Origin: a virus
Strand: one strand, 5' to 3'
Length of the DNA: 64,000 bases
IMG/VR virus record: IMGVR_UViG_3300042691_007361
Span: 42,796 to 106,795 of that record
The translations under genes and the position numbers were made by a program. Below are positions 29,001 through 40,200 of this stretch, in pieces. How positions within the stretch are numbered: position 1 is the first letter of the stretch; each line of letters begins with the position of its first letter. Below the pieces are notes generated by a model, which did not search any database, had not been told where the DNA came from, and saw only the letters and a list, made by a program, of their open reading frames with translations.

Positions 29001-31915
29001 TCTACAAATCCTTTAGGGTCATGAAGCAGGTTAATACCTCTTACCATTCCCTGAGCCTCTTTGCTTAGCAAATAGAAGTCACGAAGTTTTTCAAATGCCT
29101 CATCTATATCACTATCAAATAAGTTATCATCATTAATGGATGCAAGTGACTTTAAGTATTCTCTGAATGTAGACTCAAGTTCCTCATTGAACTTAATGTC
29201 ATTATCATCATTGCGGATACCCAATTCATTATCAATCATCTTAAGAACTTCTTCTTCTGAAGCATCTTTGTTATCATTAATAATTCTTTGTGCTATTTCA
29301 CTTCTGTCAACATAGTATCTCTTAAAGCTGGTGATACCATCATCTAGTTTTTTTAATACCTCAAGTCTTCTTTTCTTTTTAGCTAACTCTTTTGGATCAG
29401 CTTTAGTTGACTCAAGTGTATCAACTTCAGTTTTTAATATCTCAGCTTCATTAGATAAAAGAGCTTGATCAAACAATACTTTCATATCATTGAATGATGC
29501 TTTTTTAAGCAAGCCTGAGCTTGTTACATCATTAATAATACTAGACATACGTTTAGTAGTGTTATCAAAAGACTCATTAAAGAATATAGCATTTCTCTTT
29601 GCTTCTTCCCATGCATGATATGTCAATGAAGCATCTTCATAGTCTGGGTCTCCTTTTTTATAGTTACTTATGTTAACTGGATTTGGAAATCTATCGTTTA
29701 TATCATTAAACTTCTTCTCCATTTTCTGAGCCCTATCAATTACTTCAGGTAGTTTATCAAGATACTCTTGACCTTTACCTGCAGGAATTCCAGGAACCAT
29801 CTCTTCAAACTCTTCAGCAGTAAGCTGTTGTAAACCTTTTAATTGGTCTGTGTAGTAATCCATCATTCCCTTATCAAGTATAACTTGCATTTGAGAAATG
29901 AATGCTGCATCAGATGCATCTCTTGCTACCTTTTCAGAAGCAGTTACTTTAAGGTCTGTTGCAGAAGCTTGAACACCATAGTTCTTTAAGTTATTATCAA
30001 AGAAGTCTTTTAGATCTACACTAGATAAAGTATTAACCATTTGCTGACCATATTTTGTTCTGGCCATTTTATATTTAGTGTAAGCATCATTATCAAAGAT
30101 TCTATTATAACCAATAGAAAATGCTTGTGGTAATGCGTTTAATGGAGAAGCAAACATACCCATAGTAAAACCAGAAGCAAAAGTTTCCAAACCTCTAGCT
30201 GAGAACTGATCTTTAACAGCATTCTTAACTAGACCTCTAGCATACTGATGTGTTGCTACATTGGGATTACTATATGAATCAATGTAATAATTCTTTGTAG
30301 CATCAGAAATAACTTCCTGTAAATTCTCTTGTAATGCTTCACCTATATTTGCTTTAAAGTATGCAGCACCAGCAGGAATAGATTTACTTAATGGTCTTTG
30401 AGCAAAACCTTTTACAGTATTCCAAAGATTCTTTTCTCTCCATTCAAGCTTTGATGTATTAACAGTCTTACCTGTTTTAAGAGTTGTCTTCTTATTTATT
30501 TTAAGAATATCACCTCCATCAAGATTTAGTAAATCCTCAGTTTTGGATTTAAGAAAGTTTGCTATACCTCCTCTACGGTTAACAAGGTTAGGAAGTACAA
30601 GTTTATTTGATGCATATATAAGACCAGTGTTCCATATTAAATCAGTCATACCTGCTTCTTTAGCTTGAAGCATCATTCTTTCTTGAGTCTTATTATCTGG
30701 TGCTTCTTGCTCATCTCTATAATAATCATCATAGAGTTTATTATATGTGTCATTCTCAGCCATACCACCTTCTAGTCTAGCTTCTGACAATGCCATGTTA
30801 ACTGCTCTTACATCACCGTAAAATCCACCAAATGTTTTCTTAGTTGCATCATATGCTCTTGCTAGTCCTGTAAGATTATCCTCATTCTTAGCAATTTTAA
30901 TTCCTGCTTCTGTAAGGTTAGAAAGAGGATTAAAGAACTTAAAGGTATTACTACTCACAGTCTTTTCTACTCTAGCTGCATTCCAAAAGCTTCTTGCACC
31001 ACTAACAGACTTTAATCCATTTAGTGTAGCATTCATAGCTTTCATACCATCAATAGCATTTTCAGCAGTGTTTAAACCTCTTAGAATGCTTGGTATTTTT
31101 CTAGCGTTGTTTGCTGTAGTAGCAAATAAAGCTGGGGCACCACCCCCAGCAGTAGCTACTGTAAATGCAGCAGCCGCAGCTTCTTCAGCCAAAGCTTCAG
31201 TAATAACACCTGCTGTATAAGCAAATGCCATTCCTGTATTATTTAACCATGCACCTACACCACCTCTTGAGGAGTAACCAATAGCTGATTGCTCAGCGCT
31301 CATCATTGCAGCCTCTTTATCAGGACTGAAATCTCCTTGAAGCATTTTACCTAAACTCTGTGGAGCTGACTTAAATGCTTGTGTAAACATTGGCCAGAAT
31401 GAATGAACCATCATTCTTTTAGCATCTGCCCAACCTGATGTACCTGCATTATAAATAGATTCATTATCACGGAAAGGGTGAAAGCCTAATTTATTAAAGG
31501 TCTCATCTCCCATCTTAGAATATCTCTTATAGAATGACCCACCGTCTGGTCCAGCATCATAAGAATATATTCTTGCATATTCATTCTTGTCTTGATTAGC
31601 TGCAGCTTTAGCTGAGTAAAAATCACCTATTGCTTTTGAAAAATCTTTTGCAGATAACTTTGAAGGATTTGCTTTAGCTCCTGGTTTACCAACTATGTCT
31701 TTACGTACAGTAGTTTGCTGATTATCTAATTGACCTGCACTAGGTATAATAGGAATAAAGTTTGTACCTCTATCAGGGAAATTAATTTCAGGTCTTGTAA
31801 TCCTGTCTCCCTCAAAAGCAGATAAACCCTGCTCATCAAGAGAGGGTTGGTTTATCTTTCCGTAAGCTGGCCCAAGTGAGTCAAGTGGGCTAAATGATTC
31901 ATTAGTATCCGCCAT
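26075..31915 (-). CDS. giant virion/ejection protein with C-terminal PD-(D/E)xK nuclease-like domain
   Basis: 1946 aa. Ala/Gly hydrophobic stretch near aa 220-270; GVAGEVDLLAVD-IIDTKTG-YTLQQTAY nuclease signature. Confidence 0.75.
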   Translation of the reverse strand: MADTNESFSPLDSLGPAYGKINQPSLDEQGLSAFEGDRITRPEINFPDRGTNFIPIIPSAGQLDNQQTTVRKDIVGKPGAKANPSKLSAKDFSKAIGDFYSAKAAANQDKNEYARIYSYDAGPDGGSFYKRYSKMGDETFNKLGFHPFRDNESIYNAGTSGWADAKRMMVHSFWPMFTQAFKSAPQSLGKMLQGDFSPDKEAAMMSAEQSAIGYSSRGGVGAWLNNTGMAFAYTAGVITEALAEEAAAAAFTVATAGGGAPALFATTANNARKIPSILRGLNTAENAIDGMKAMNATLNGLKSVSGARSFWNAARVEKTVSSNTFKFFNPLSNLTEAGIKIAKNEDNLTGLARAYDATKKTFGGFYGDVRAVNMALSEARLEGGMAENDTYNKLYDDYYRDEQEAPDNKTQERMMLQAKEAGMTDLIWNTGLIYASNKLVLPNLVNRRGGIANFLKSKTEDLLNLDGGDILKINKKTTLKTGKTVNTSKLEWREKNLWNTVKGFAQRPLSKSIPAGAAYFKANIGEALQENLQEVISDATKNYYIDSYSNPNVATHQYARGLVKNAVKDQFSARGLETFASGFTMGMFASPLNALPQAFSIGYNRIFDNDAYTKYKMARTKYGQQMVNTLSSVDLKDFFDNNLKNYGVQASATDLKVTASEKVARDASDAAFISQMQVILDKGMMDYYTDQLKGLQQLTAEEFEEMVPGIPAGKGQEYLDKLPEVIDRAQKMEKKFNDINDRFPNPVNISNYKKGDPDYEDASLTYHAWEEAKRNAIFFNESFDNTTKRMSSIINDVTSSGLLKKASFNDMKVLFDQALLSNEAEILKTEVDTLESTKADPKELAKKKRRLEVLKKLDDGITSFKRYYVDRSEIAQRIINDNKDASEEEVLKMIDNELGIRNDDNDIKFNEELESTFREYLKSLASINDDNLFDSDIDEAFEKLRDFYLLSKEAQGMVRGINLLHDPKGFVEHVKRNKVWMKELYDNRREYYENLKEQEFQKKEGNDLLNHLASQGLYISLDDFERWREMKILPDEIYDDVHKVVIRKSHPMYDEIIRPFLMLNNLQTVKNEMEIVEESVREDLDKLDAEMQARIDVLPKNEKREDQGSLDFKGKETIKSKNISEQLGDKEYVDVVGKDGTPLTFYKDGEVLRFNDKDGEEVTPESLKELGTSDSFAEATKFVMVTEPDPDAVKEIMDEFAEKKADILQSAAEKGVENPGEVKERVIYTTDMDMDEFPPDLYNRIVLAFEEYADENGLTDLSGDDFDMALDSFLKSSFVAARLVDDYNKEQELGKAMVREPEVPMIKVGDKTMKINEIPEAQLRSILKTYQTELDSLAKEEQTPDIKQRSARLAYSIRKINDYLSGKVREGFSEAQRKTIDLIQPIIDFQNDITKGKGGYLINNQIMQRVTQVIRKFETEEYKYQAEGDVKATFNTTIAEQGFNESSISNFITELRKQKLPGFSDFTYNELQNELNTMLSEAPSASNEDLINKVMNTIAEKTYEESRISGNYIDDQVRDLFADKEPKFDDTKITREAYDALFNEDPESLGYLRNIKRLVDEEGLYVLSRVVLNDGTERGLVLYDEEAGVAGEVDLLAVDRLGNVYIIDTKTGKEVKWRGFNVEGNQSSKKEIYTLQQTAYANLLYNLTDKQAKVSLLPIQIDYEANTGRITRAGKPTAKGALEDGKYRIPLEITPDIQEKIDSVIPRKIKAAPETEETGPAQNEDFTGGNIPAEDSDIQVPQEEPVIDLDIDTLRKPIAEATQEVLDLFKSDFAQAIAKNNISVESVTAVQELINERQRQLDSGVAVKLTPENVKVGDQLVAINPIFVNNKLAIAEGDIVSIKSIDKVAQFADVNTTTVPSVPVTFNFAELNKMFILKQEVMKTEGSEDEGAPLTKDEKDFMEESFENINNLLKSSDRKDALKKEADKQLTDAVDTELFEDVTSDC

Positions 31916-34847
31916 TGTTGTATAGTCTAACTTGTTCTGACATATTTAACCAGTCATATTTTCTTTGAGAAAGGTTATTACCTGATGTTAGAGTATTCTC
32001 ATATCTAATATCATTCATATATTGACCAGTCTCATGATCTAAAATGTTGTAGCTTGTCTTAATGTTATAATCTCCAGTACCAGTTTGGTTTTTGGTAATT
32101 GTACCTGTAAGGTTTCCATATGGGTCACGGTATTCATATATTCCATCATAATCTACAATAGATTGAAGTGGATCCATATATGAAGATTGGAATAAACCAT
32201 TACTAAAGTTATTATTATTAGATACAATAGATACACCATTTTGCATGATAGCATCATACTGTGCTTGACTAATTATACCTGAACCAGTTTTATTACCATC
32301 TTTATCTGTCTTATAAACTTGCCCACCTAGCCATTCAGCATCTGGTCTCAAAATCATTGCACCTTTATTTGCATTATTACCTACTATAGATTGAGCACTC
32401 ATCTTAAAGTTTTTAAACTTACTCTTAGAGTTATTCATCTCCATAACAATAGCATCAACAAGAGCCTTACCTGTTTTATTACGTAGTGACTCTGCTTTTA
32501 ATGCATTTGCATTTGTTCCTAAGAAAGTAATCTGATGCTTTGTAGGATCACCAAAGTCCATCTTTCTATAGTCACCTACAAACTCATGGAAGTATGCATG
32601 TCCTTTTGTACCCATACCTTTTGGTGATACAAGGATAGATTGTCTACCTGCTGTAAATAAACCTGTTCCAGACATTTCACCAATTGATGCAATTCCTGGA
32701 GGAGCTTTTTTAATTTTACCTGATGAGTATGCGGTACCTGCAGCTTTAACAAGTTCATCATATACATCTGATTTATCAGCACCTGTCATCCAATTATATG
32801 CAGAGCCAACAAGATTAGCAGCTGGTCCTAATACAGTAGAAGCTCCTCTAGCCATAGCTCTAGTTTTTCCACCACCTTCACCACCTTTCATCTTGCCGCT
32901 GTTATTAAACAATGAATTAAATTCAGCTTTACTACGGAGTCTACCGTTCTCATCATATAGATACTTAGCGTATCCTTTCATATTATCATCTAGTGTATAT
33001 GCTAAATGCTGTTCTACAATTTTAGAACTATCTTTTCTCCACTTAGTATCCTGATCTAAGTATTTAGCATAATCATTAAATTGAGATGATGCTTCAGCAT
33101 AACCTGGAATACCTTTAGCAATAGCACTAACTTTATTATTATTTCTAACCCACCAATTAAGTCTCTTATTAATACCAATAAGTTCTTTACTTCCTATATC
33201 TCCTCTTAAGAATTTATATGGATCAGACTGAAGCTTTTTATTAAACTCATTCCAGTTAGTTTGTTTTCCATTATGAGAAAGAATCTTACTGATTTCTTTA
33301 TCTGAAATAACTCCAGTCTCTTTTAGTTTTTGAAGAAGTGCTAATGACTGATTAAGATATGGAACTGCATATTGACCTGTTTGTCTTTTAGCAATTGCAT
33401 CACTAAGTACTTTCATACTTACTTTATCTGTCACGTTACCATCATTCTCTGTATCAACAAATGTATTTTGGTAACCTTCATTAACAACTACTTTTCCTGT
33501 GTTAAGATCTATAGTACCAATACCACTGTCAATAAGTGCTTTGTCAAGCATATTCTTACGCTCACCAGCATTACGGATTCTAGCTGCATTAGCAAGACCT
33601 GCATTTCTAGCTGCAACTTCTTGCATAGAGAAAGCATGCTTCTGCTCATTTACTGCATATACATCAGCTTCAATATCTACTTCAGCATCTTTGTAAGCAA
33701 AAATCTGCGCAGCTTCATCTAGATCTTTCTGCATAAGTTTTGAAGCCATACCGTTGTCAACTTTCCAACGCAGTGACTTAACATCTCCATAAGGGTTTTG
33801 AAAGCCTGTAGATGTTGTAAGCGTACTAGACTTTTCAGATAATGCATCTACATCTTTCTGTACTCTTTCTAGTACAGAATCATTAATCTCTTTTGCTTGT
33901 GTAAGATTATCAAGATATGCTTTTAGCTTAGGGTCTTTACTACCCTTGTCTATTTGTGCCTGAACATCTTTTATTCTACCTTCATATGTAGTTGATGAAT
34001 CTTTTAAGTTTTCATATCTCTGAACTTGCTCTTGCTTAAGTAAGTTAAAGCTGTTCTCAAGATACTTCATCTCTGCTGCATTCTTATCTCCACCAAATTG
34101 AGCAGCATTAGAGTAAGCATAATCCTTACGGTTTACATATGCTTGTGTTTGATATATTGCTTGTACTGTTGGATCAGACCCTAGACTGGCTTCAAACAAT
34201 TTACTAAGTGGTTCAATTAACTCATCACCATTCTTAGTCTTAATAATATATCTACCATCAGGACTGAAGTCAACTTTTTCTACAGACAGTCCTGCATCCT
34301 TTGCTAACTCCTGTGCCTTCTTCATTGTATTGACGTAAGGAGTATAGCTTACATTCCCAAATCCTAATGCCTCATCAGCAGATGCTTCTTTAAATTCATC
34401 ACGCATGTAGTCCATAGCTCTAACACCAGTCTCCCAGTATTCAGATCTTCTTTTCTCATCAAATGCATTCTTTAAACCTTCAGCTCTACTTTTTTGTGCA
34501 TTATAAGTTTTAGTCCAAGCCATATCTTTCATAAGGTTTTTATCCTCATAAAAAGGTTTAAACACCTGTGTAGCTTGATCTATATTTTGACTAAGGGATA
34601 AGTCAAGACCGGAAACTCTTTTTAAGTTAAAGTCAATGTTTTTTAATAACTCATCTTTACGTTGAATATTATCATCTCTTGTAAGATCAGAATAAAAATA
34701 TTGACCATATACTTTATTTATTGATTTCCATGCAGTATCATATTGAGTCTGTTTTGTCTGAAGTACATTAGCATATAAGTTCAGGTCAGGCTGAAATGGT
34801 TGAAACTGCGGAATGTAATCTGTGACACCTTGTAAATACGTTGCCAT
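31902..34847 (-). CDS. probable internal virion (cargo) protein
   Basis: 981-aa, largely helical/coiled-coil ORF directly upstream of the giant genes. Confidence 0.6.
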   Translation of the reverse strand: MATYLQGVTDYIPQFQPFQPDLNLYANVLQTKQTQYDTAWKSINKVYGQYFYSDLTRDDNIQRKDELLKNIDFNLKRVSGLDLSLSQNIDQATQVFKPFYEDKNLMKDMAWTKTYNAQKSRAEGLKNAFDEKRRSEYWETGVRAMDYMRDEFKEASADEALGFGNVSYTPYVNTMKKAQELAKDAGLSVEKVDFSPDGRYIIKTKNGDELIEPLSKLFEASLGSDPTVQAIYQTQAYVNRKDYAYSNAAQFGGDKNAAEMKYLENSFNLLKQEQVQRYENLKDSSTTYEGRIKDVQAQIDKGSKDPKLKAYLDNLTQAKEINDSVLERVQKDVDALSEKSSTLTTSTGFQNPYGDVKSLRWKVDNGMASKLMQKDLDEAAQIFAYKDAEVDIEADVYAVNEQKHAFSMQEVAARNAGLANAARIRNAGERKNMLDKALIDSGIGTIDLNTGKVVVNEGYQNTFVDTENDGNVTDKVSMKVLSDAIAKRQTGQYAVPYLNQSLALLQKLKETGVISDKEISKILSHNGKQTNWNEFNKKLQSDPYKFLRGDIGSKELIGINKRLNWWVRNNNKVSAIAKGIPGYAEASSQFNDYAKYLDQDTKWRKDSSKIVEQHLAYTLDDNMKGYAKYLYDENGRLRSKAEFNSLFNNSGKMKGGEGGGKTRAMARGASTVLGPAANLVGSAYNWMTGADKSDVYDELVKAAGTAYSSGKIKKAPPGIASIGEMSGTGLFTAGRQSILVSPKGMGTKGHAYFHEFVGDYRKMDFGDPTKHQITFLGTNANALKAESLRNKTGKALVDAIVMEMNNSKSKFKNFKMSAQSIVGNNANKGAMILRPDAEWLGGQVYKTDKDGNKTGSGIISQAQYDAIMQNGVSIVSNNNNFSNGLFQSSYMDPLQSIVDYDGIYEYRDPYGNLTGTITKNQTGTGDYNIKTSYNILDHETGQYMNDIRYENTLTSGNNLSQRKYDWLNMSEQVRLYNNGGY

Positions 34848-34867
34848 ATCTTAATTTATCTATATTG

Positions 34868-34899
34868 TAAAAATACCAAAATCAAATAAGTTTACTAAA
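34868..34899 (-). promoter_or_regulatory. variant promoter TTTA-N20-TATTTTTA
   Basis: Same geometry as the copies at 41467, 51576, 53750 and 57286. Confidence 0.55.
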
Positions 34900-34909
34900 C
34901 ATATAAAGT

Positions 34910-37210
34910 TTAGTAGAACATGAATGGGAATACATTTGCTCCCATTACATAAATACCACCCCCATCTTTGCTATACTGCATATTGTCTAGTAAAGCTTGA
35001 TAATCAATACCAGATGAAGAAGTAGATCCTTTCATTGCTTCTTTAGCTGCAACAATTGCATCTTTAGGATCAAAACCTGCTTCAATATAATCATTAAGCA
35101 AATCATTAAATGTTTGAGTTCTTTCCGGTGTATTATCTTTACCTCCTTGGAATATAACAGTACCTGTTGCAGGATCAATATCATACTGCTCAGACATAGC
35201 GTTTACCATTGCTAGGTCAGATGCATTCTTCCAACCTGTAGCCATTGCTTGACGTATATTAGCATTGGCAGCACGCTTAGAATTATCATATTGCTGATTC
35301 ATTAGATTAGTTTGATCATAGAGTTTTGTTGCAATCTCTTGATTCTTTAATCTTTCTTGATTTCTAATACCAGCATTAGCTTGTGCATATTGATTTGCAA
35401 TAGCTACGTTTTGGTTGTTGTATGAAGACATCAGGTCTACTACGTTCTTAGCAAGTTGTCCTTGCATACCCATAGCTCTTGCTGATGTAAGTTGTGGAGA
35501 TCCTGTAAATTGAGTTAGGTTCTGTTGAGCAATATTTGCTTGTTCTGCTAAAGCAGCAGCAGGTCTAGTTACATCTAAGTATCTTGGTTGTGCTTCTTCT
35601 AAATCAACTCTTGGAGCCCAAGGATATTGTTTTCTTAAACTTGCTCTATCACCAAATGCTCCGGCAAGATTCATAACATCTGGAGCCATCCAGCTTGCTT
35701 TTGTTTCTCTTGGATATTGATAATTATCTATATAGTCTTGATCTACATCAGTATCATCTCCTTCATCAGTAGTTGTAGTAGTTGTAGTTTTATCATCAGC
35801 TTTTTTACCAGCATCCTTCATTACATACTCAGTGTACATTTCAGGATTAGCAGGATCTTCATTAAAGTAGAGTTTATCACCTTGCTTAATAGCATTAGGT
35901 TCTTTCATCTTCTTCTCATACTCTTCTTTAGAAAGCTCTTTAACTTGTGTATCAAGTGCACGGTACCACCACTCATTATCTTTGTATGCAGTCTTAATTT
36001 TATCTGGAGTAAGTTTTCCATCAGCTAGTGCAGCTTTTGCACCGGCTGTAGTTTTAGGATATCCTGTAGGAATAACTTTTAATAACTCTCTGTTAGGTTG
36101 ATGTGACTTAGTAGTCATGTAATCAACCAATAGATCTGGATTAGTTTCTGCAATCTTAGCTTGAAGTTCACCAGCAGCTTTTTGAATATCAGCTTTAGTA
36201 ACTGATCCTTTAAGCTGCGGAAGACCATATTTCTTTCTAAATGCATTAAGACGTACAACACCTTTAGGTGTGTAAGCTTCATTCATTTTATATGGCGGCT
36301 CAACTTCAGCACCTCCTTTAGCTTTTATTAGACCGCCTTCTGCATACTCATCTTGGGTATCATAGTCTTGATAGAATGGCATACTGTAACCACCCATGTT
36401 CATACCATAGGCCGCCATTGGTGCTTCACCTGACATCTCAGGTGACATAGCAATTTGCTCACCATTAGGCATTTGAGTAGGCATGCTTTCATCCAATCCT
36501 ACTTCTTCTTGTGGTTCTGCTGTTTCTTCTTCTGTTGTTTCTTGTTCCTGTTTAGCAAATCTTGGTTTATACTTAGGCATTACCTGCTCTTCAGTAATCT
36601 GATTTGATTGCATAAAAGGTTGAGCAATAAGCGGTACACCTTGAGGAAATCCTTTTTTACCTTCTTGTGCAACTGCTAAAGCTCCAAGCTTCATTGTATA
36701 GTTACGGATCATTAACTCTGCTGTCTTTCTATCAACAGCATCAGAGTCCGGATCTTGTAAAATCTTTCTATACTTATTTATATCATATTGCTTAGCAAGA
36801 TCAGCAGGAGTATATGATCCAGATGTCTTACCAAACTTCTTAAGAATATCAGGATTCTTAATCTTCATTGACTTAGTATCACTGAAGATAAAAGTATCAT
36901 CTGGTAGATTAAGTGGTGTACCACCTTGGCTATGACGTTTACCTCCTGCAATATAGGTTTCAATCATTCCATCACCATTCAGGTCACCGGCAACAACTTC
37001 ACCTTTCTCAACTTCTACATTAGATTTTTCTCTTGGATCTGGTTGTAATGTCTTTCTTGTATCAACAGCTTTCTCACCAATGTACTGATCAATATCAGAA
37101 CCACCCATTGCAGTAGGTTGAATAGACAGAGCTCCTGTAGAAGTTTGCTGTCCTGTCTTTACACCTCCTAAAGCTCTATTAGGAAGTTTCTTTATTCTTA
37201 CTTGTTGCAT
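34910..37210 (-). CDS. probable internal virion (cargo) protein
   Basis: 766 aa. NVEVEKGE...GKRHSQGGTPL...FIFSD domain, Q/N-rich coiled C-terminal half and several xxGG motifs. Confidence 0.65.
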   Translation of the reverse strand: MQQVRIKKLPNRALGGVKTGQQTSTGALSIQPTAMGGSDIDQYIGEKAVDTRKTLQPDPREKSNVEVEKGEVVAGDLNGDGMIETYIAGGKRHSQGGTPLNLPDDTFIFSDTKSMKIKNPDILKKFGKTSGSYTPADLAKQYDINKYRKILQDPDSDAVDRKTAELMIRNYTMKLGALAVAQEGKKGFPQGVPLIAQPFMQSNQITEEQVMPKYKPRFAKQEQETTEEETAEPQEEVGLDESMPTQMPNGEQIAMSPEMSGEAPMAAYGMNMGGYSMPFYQDYDTQDEYAEGGLIKAKGGAEVEPPYKMNEAYTPKGVVRLNAFRKKYGLPQLKGSVTKADIQKAAGELQAKIAETNPDLLVDYMTTKSHQPNRELLKVIPTGYPKTTAGAKAALADGKLTPDKIKTAYKDNEWWYRALDTQVKELSKEEYEKKMKEPNAIKQGDKLYFNEDPANPEMYTEYVMKDAGKKADDKTTTTTTTDEGDDTDVDQDYIDNYQYPRETKASWMAPDVMNLAGAFGDRASLRKQYPWAPRVDLEEAQPRYLDVTRPAAALAEQANIAQQNLTQFTGSPQLTSARAMGMQGQLAKNVVDLMSSYNNQNVAIANQYAQANAGIRNQERLKNQEIATKLYDQTNLMNQQYDNSKRAANANIRQAMATGWKNASDLAMVNAMSEQYDIDPATGTVIFQGGKDNTPERTQTFNDLLNDYIEAGFDPKDAIVAAKEAMKGSTSSSGIDYQALLDNMQYSKDGGGIYVMGANVFPFMFY

Positions 37211-37211
37211 A

Positions 37212-40200
37212 TTATACGTATTCTAATTCACCACCATCCTCAAGAAACTTCTGAATCATCTCAGGAGTCATCCACATATACTCTCCAATCTCATTATCAT
37301 ATACTGGACCACCCTGCTGATAGATGTTACCGCCATACTTAACAGATTGTCTCTGACCCATATCTGGTGTTTCTAATCCACTGTTAGTAATAATCCAACC
37401 TTTATCAATTGATGCTTGAGCATCTTCATTTCTCCAAGATTTATCTTGTCTAGGAGAATCAAACCATCCTGCAATTGTATTTCCTGCAGCATTTGTCCAA
37501 TCCATAAGCAATCTTCTTTTTGCTGCATTAGCATCCCAATCACCTTTAGTATTATAATCTACAGATACATCATCATATTCTTTTCTTTGAGAGAAGTCAG
37601 TTAGATCTTCTTTAGGTACTACACCTTCATTTACATAACTTCCTTCTGTTCCCATTTTTACTCCAGACTTCTCATTAGTCAATTGATTTTGTCCACTATA
37701 AACAAAAGGATTATCTAACTCTGATGAACCTAAATCAAACTGTCTTTGTTGAGCTCTAAACCTTGGATCATAGTTTACTGGTGTGTCTTCATCAAGATCA
37801 TTATCATATCCTGTGTAAGCTTTAGGCATTGTCATAGTACCACCGTATGCCATGTAACCACCATCTTTTGCATACTTATATAATAAAGCATTTCTAAGAT
37901 CTCTGTTCTGAATACTTTTTATATAGTCTAATCTTTGTTTAGATGTTTTTAATAATCTCATTGATCTATCAATAGCCGGATCTATCTTGTAGTTTTTATA
38001 CGTATCTTTAAACACAGCTGGCTCATCACCCATTGCATTTTGTTTGAGATCCATTAATTCTCTCCAAGCAGCACCTTGTCTATTTTGTTCTTTAGCTTTT
38101 TCAGTTGGTGTAAGATTAGAAGAATTATTTTGTTCAACATTTTTCTTTGAAACAATAGGCTTTGCTTGTTCTTGTTCAACAGGTTTATTAGACTTAGTAG
38201 GAACAGTTTTATTTCCATATTCCTGAATCTTCTGTCCTAAATTTCTCTGAGTGGTGTTTGCCTGTGCAGCTGCTCTACGTTGAGCTTCCGCTCTTTGTTG
38301 TGCAATAACTTGTTGTTGACGTGCAGCTGCTTCTTGTGGAGTTAAAACAGGAGTACTTGCGCTACCAAGAAGTTCTTGACCCGGTTCCCAATTATATTGT
38401 TGTTGACCATAGAAATCTGGATTTTGCTCCATCATTCTTTGAAGCTCAGCTTGTTGTAAATCATAAGCACCTTGATCACCCACTTGCTGCATATATTCAT
38501 CTTGTGCTGTAGGTAAACCAAGTAAACCTAATCCACTACCTCTTAAATCTTGTTCTCTTTGTTGTTGAGCAAGTGCTGCTGCATCTTCTTCACTAGCTTG
38601 GTCATAATACATAGGACCAGTTTGTCCTGGAGCTAGTCTTGTTTGAGACGGCAATAATAATGGTTGCGCAGATCTAGTAGGTAAACTACCTATTGGACTT
38701 TCTACTGGTCTCTGTGGTATTAACTCATCTTCATTACCTTGAATTGCTTGCGCGCCTCTTGTAGGAAGACTATATCCAGCCATGTCACTAAATGTTCCAG
38801 CATTTTGTATCTCTGGAAACTCTGTATCTACAGCAGGTGTTGATTGATTAAATGCAAATGTACTATCCGGAGTTGTTGCATAAGGGCTTTCATCAGGATA
38901 GTATCCATAAATCTTTTTGTAATTCTCATCCCATTTATCATGTGGCATACCAGAAACTTTATCAGCTTTTGATTCAAATGGTCTAAGTTTAGAACCTAGC
39001 CATGCTAATGGACCAAACTGAGAATCAATTGCTGTATCAGATCTTCTACCTGACATGCCAGAAGATTGAGATCTATTAAATAAACCTTGACGTGTTGGTG
39101 CAACTTGATCCATTGATCTTCCATCAAGCGTCATACCAGCATCAGTAAAGTTTAATCTTTTACTTAGCGGGTCTCTTTCTACTTGATAGTTAACAGTATA
39201 CTTTTTAGGCATTCCTTTATATGGACCAAAGGCTTTTGTCTTTTTAACATCAATGTTTTTTAGTTTAGCATTATCTAGAGCACCTGTATAAGTTTGGTTA
39301 CTACCGGTCATATAAGGCATTCCTTTTTGCTTAGTTCTAAACGCAGGACCATAACCATATCCCATATAACCTTGTTCTCCAGGTTGTGGGTTAAAGTTAT
39401 CTCTTATAGGTTGTCTATTAATTATTGGTCTATCACTTGCAAAACTTAAATCAGTTAAACTAATATCTGGTGTGCCACTTCTTGCTTCATTCCAAGTTTC
39501 TGCATCTTGTTGATTTACCAATTTTGTATTTCCATTATTATCTGAAATGGTAATCATACCTGGTTGTGCTTTTGGTAAATAACCACCATATGCAAAATAT
39601 GGATCACCAGTTAAGTCACCTTGGTCATCACCTCCATACAGAAACTTATAAAGACCGGAATCTTGATCTGTAAATCCTCCACCTTGGAATTTTTCACCTA
39701 AACCAATTGTTTGGCGTGGAGCTGTTCTAGATACAGGAACATTCATATTGGTAGGTTGCACAAAGCCTCTTAGGTTTTCAGGATTTAGTGCTCCTTTAAT
39801 ATCATTACCTACACTATTCAAAAATTCTTTTGAAGTAATGTATTGATTTAATGGTACACCTTGACTTCCATATACAGGTGCTGAAGAACGTCCTGTTGCC
39901 ATTGGGCCTGGATTAGCATCAGACATTGTATAAGTTGAACCTGGAGCAAGTTGTGCCATTGATGGCTTAGTGGATCTCTCAATATTTTTTACACGGTTAG
40001 GGTCAGAAACCTCATACCATTGTACATTCTTTTTATCCTTAGTAGTAAAGTTAGGAGATACAAACCACTTATTACCTCTTTGTATATAAGCACGGCTTTT
40101 ATCTTGTCCTGCAAATCTTACTGATGATGGATCATATCCTTTCCAAAAACCTTTAAATGATGGACTAGCTTTAGACGGTGCATATTCTTCTGTACCTGCA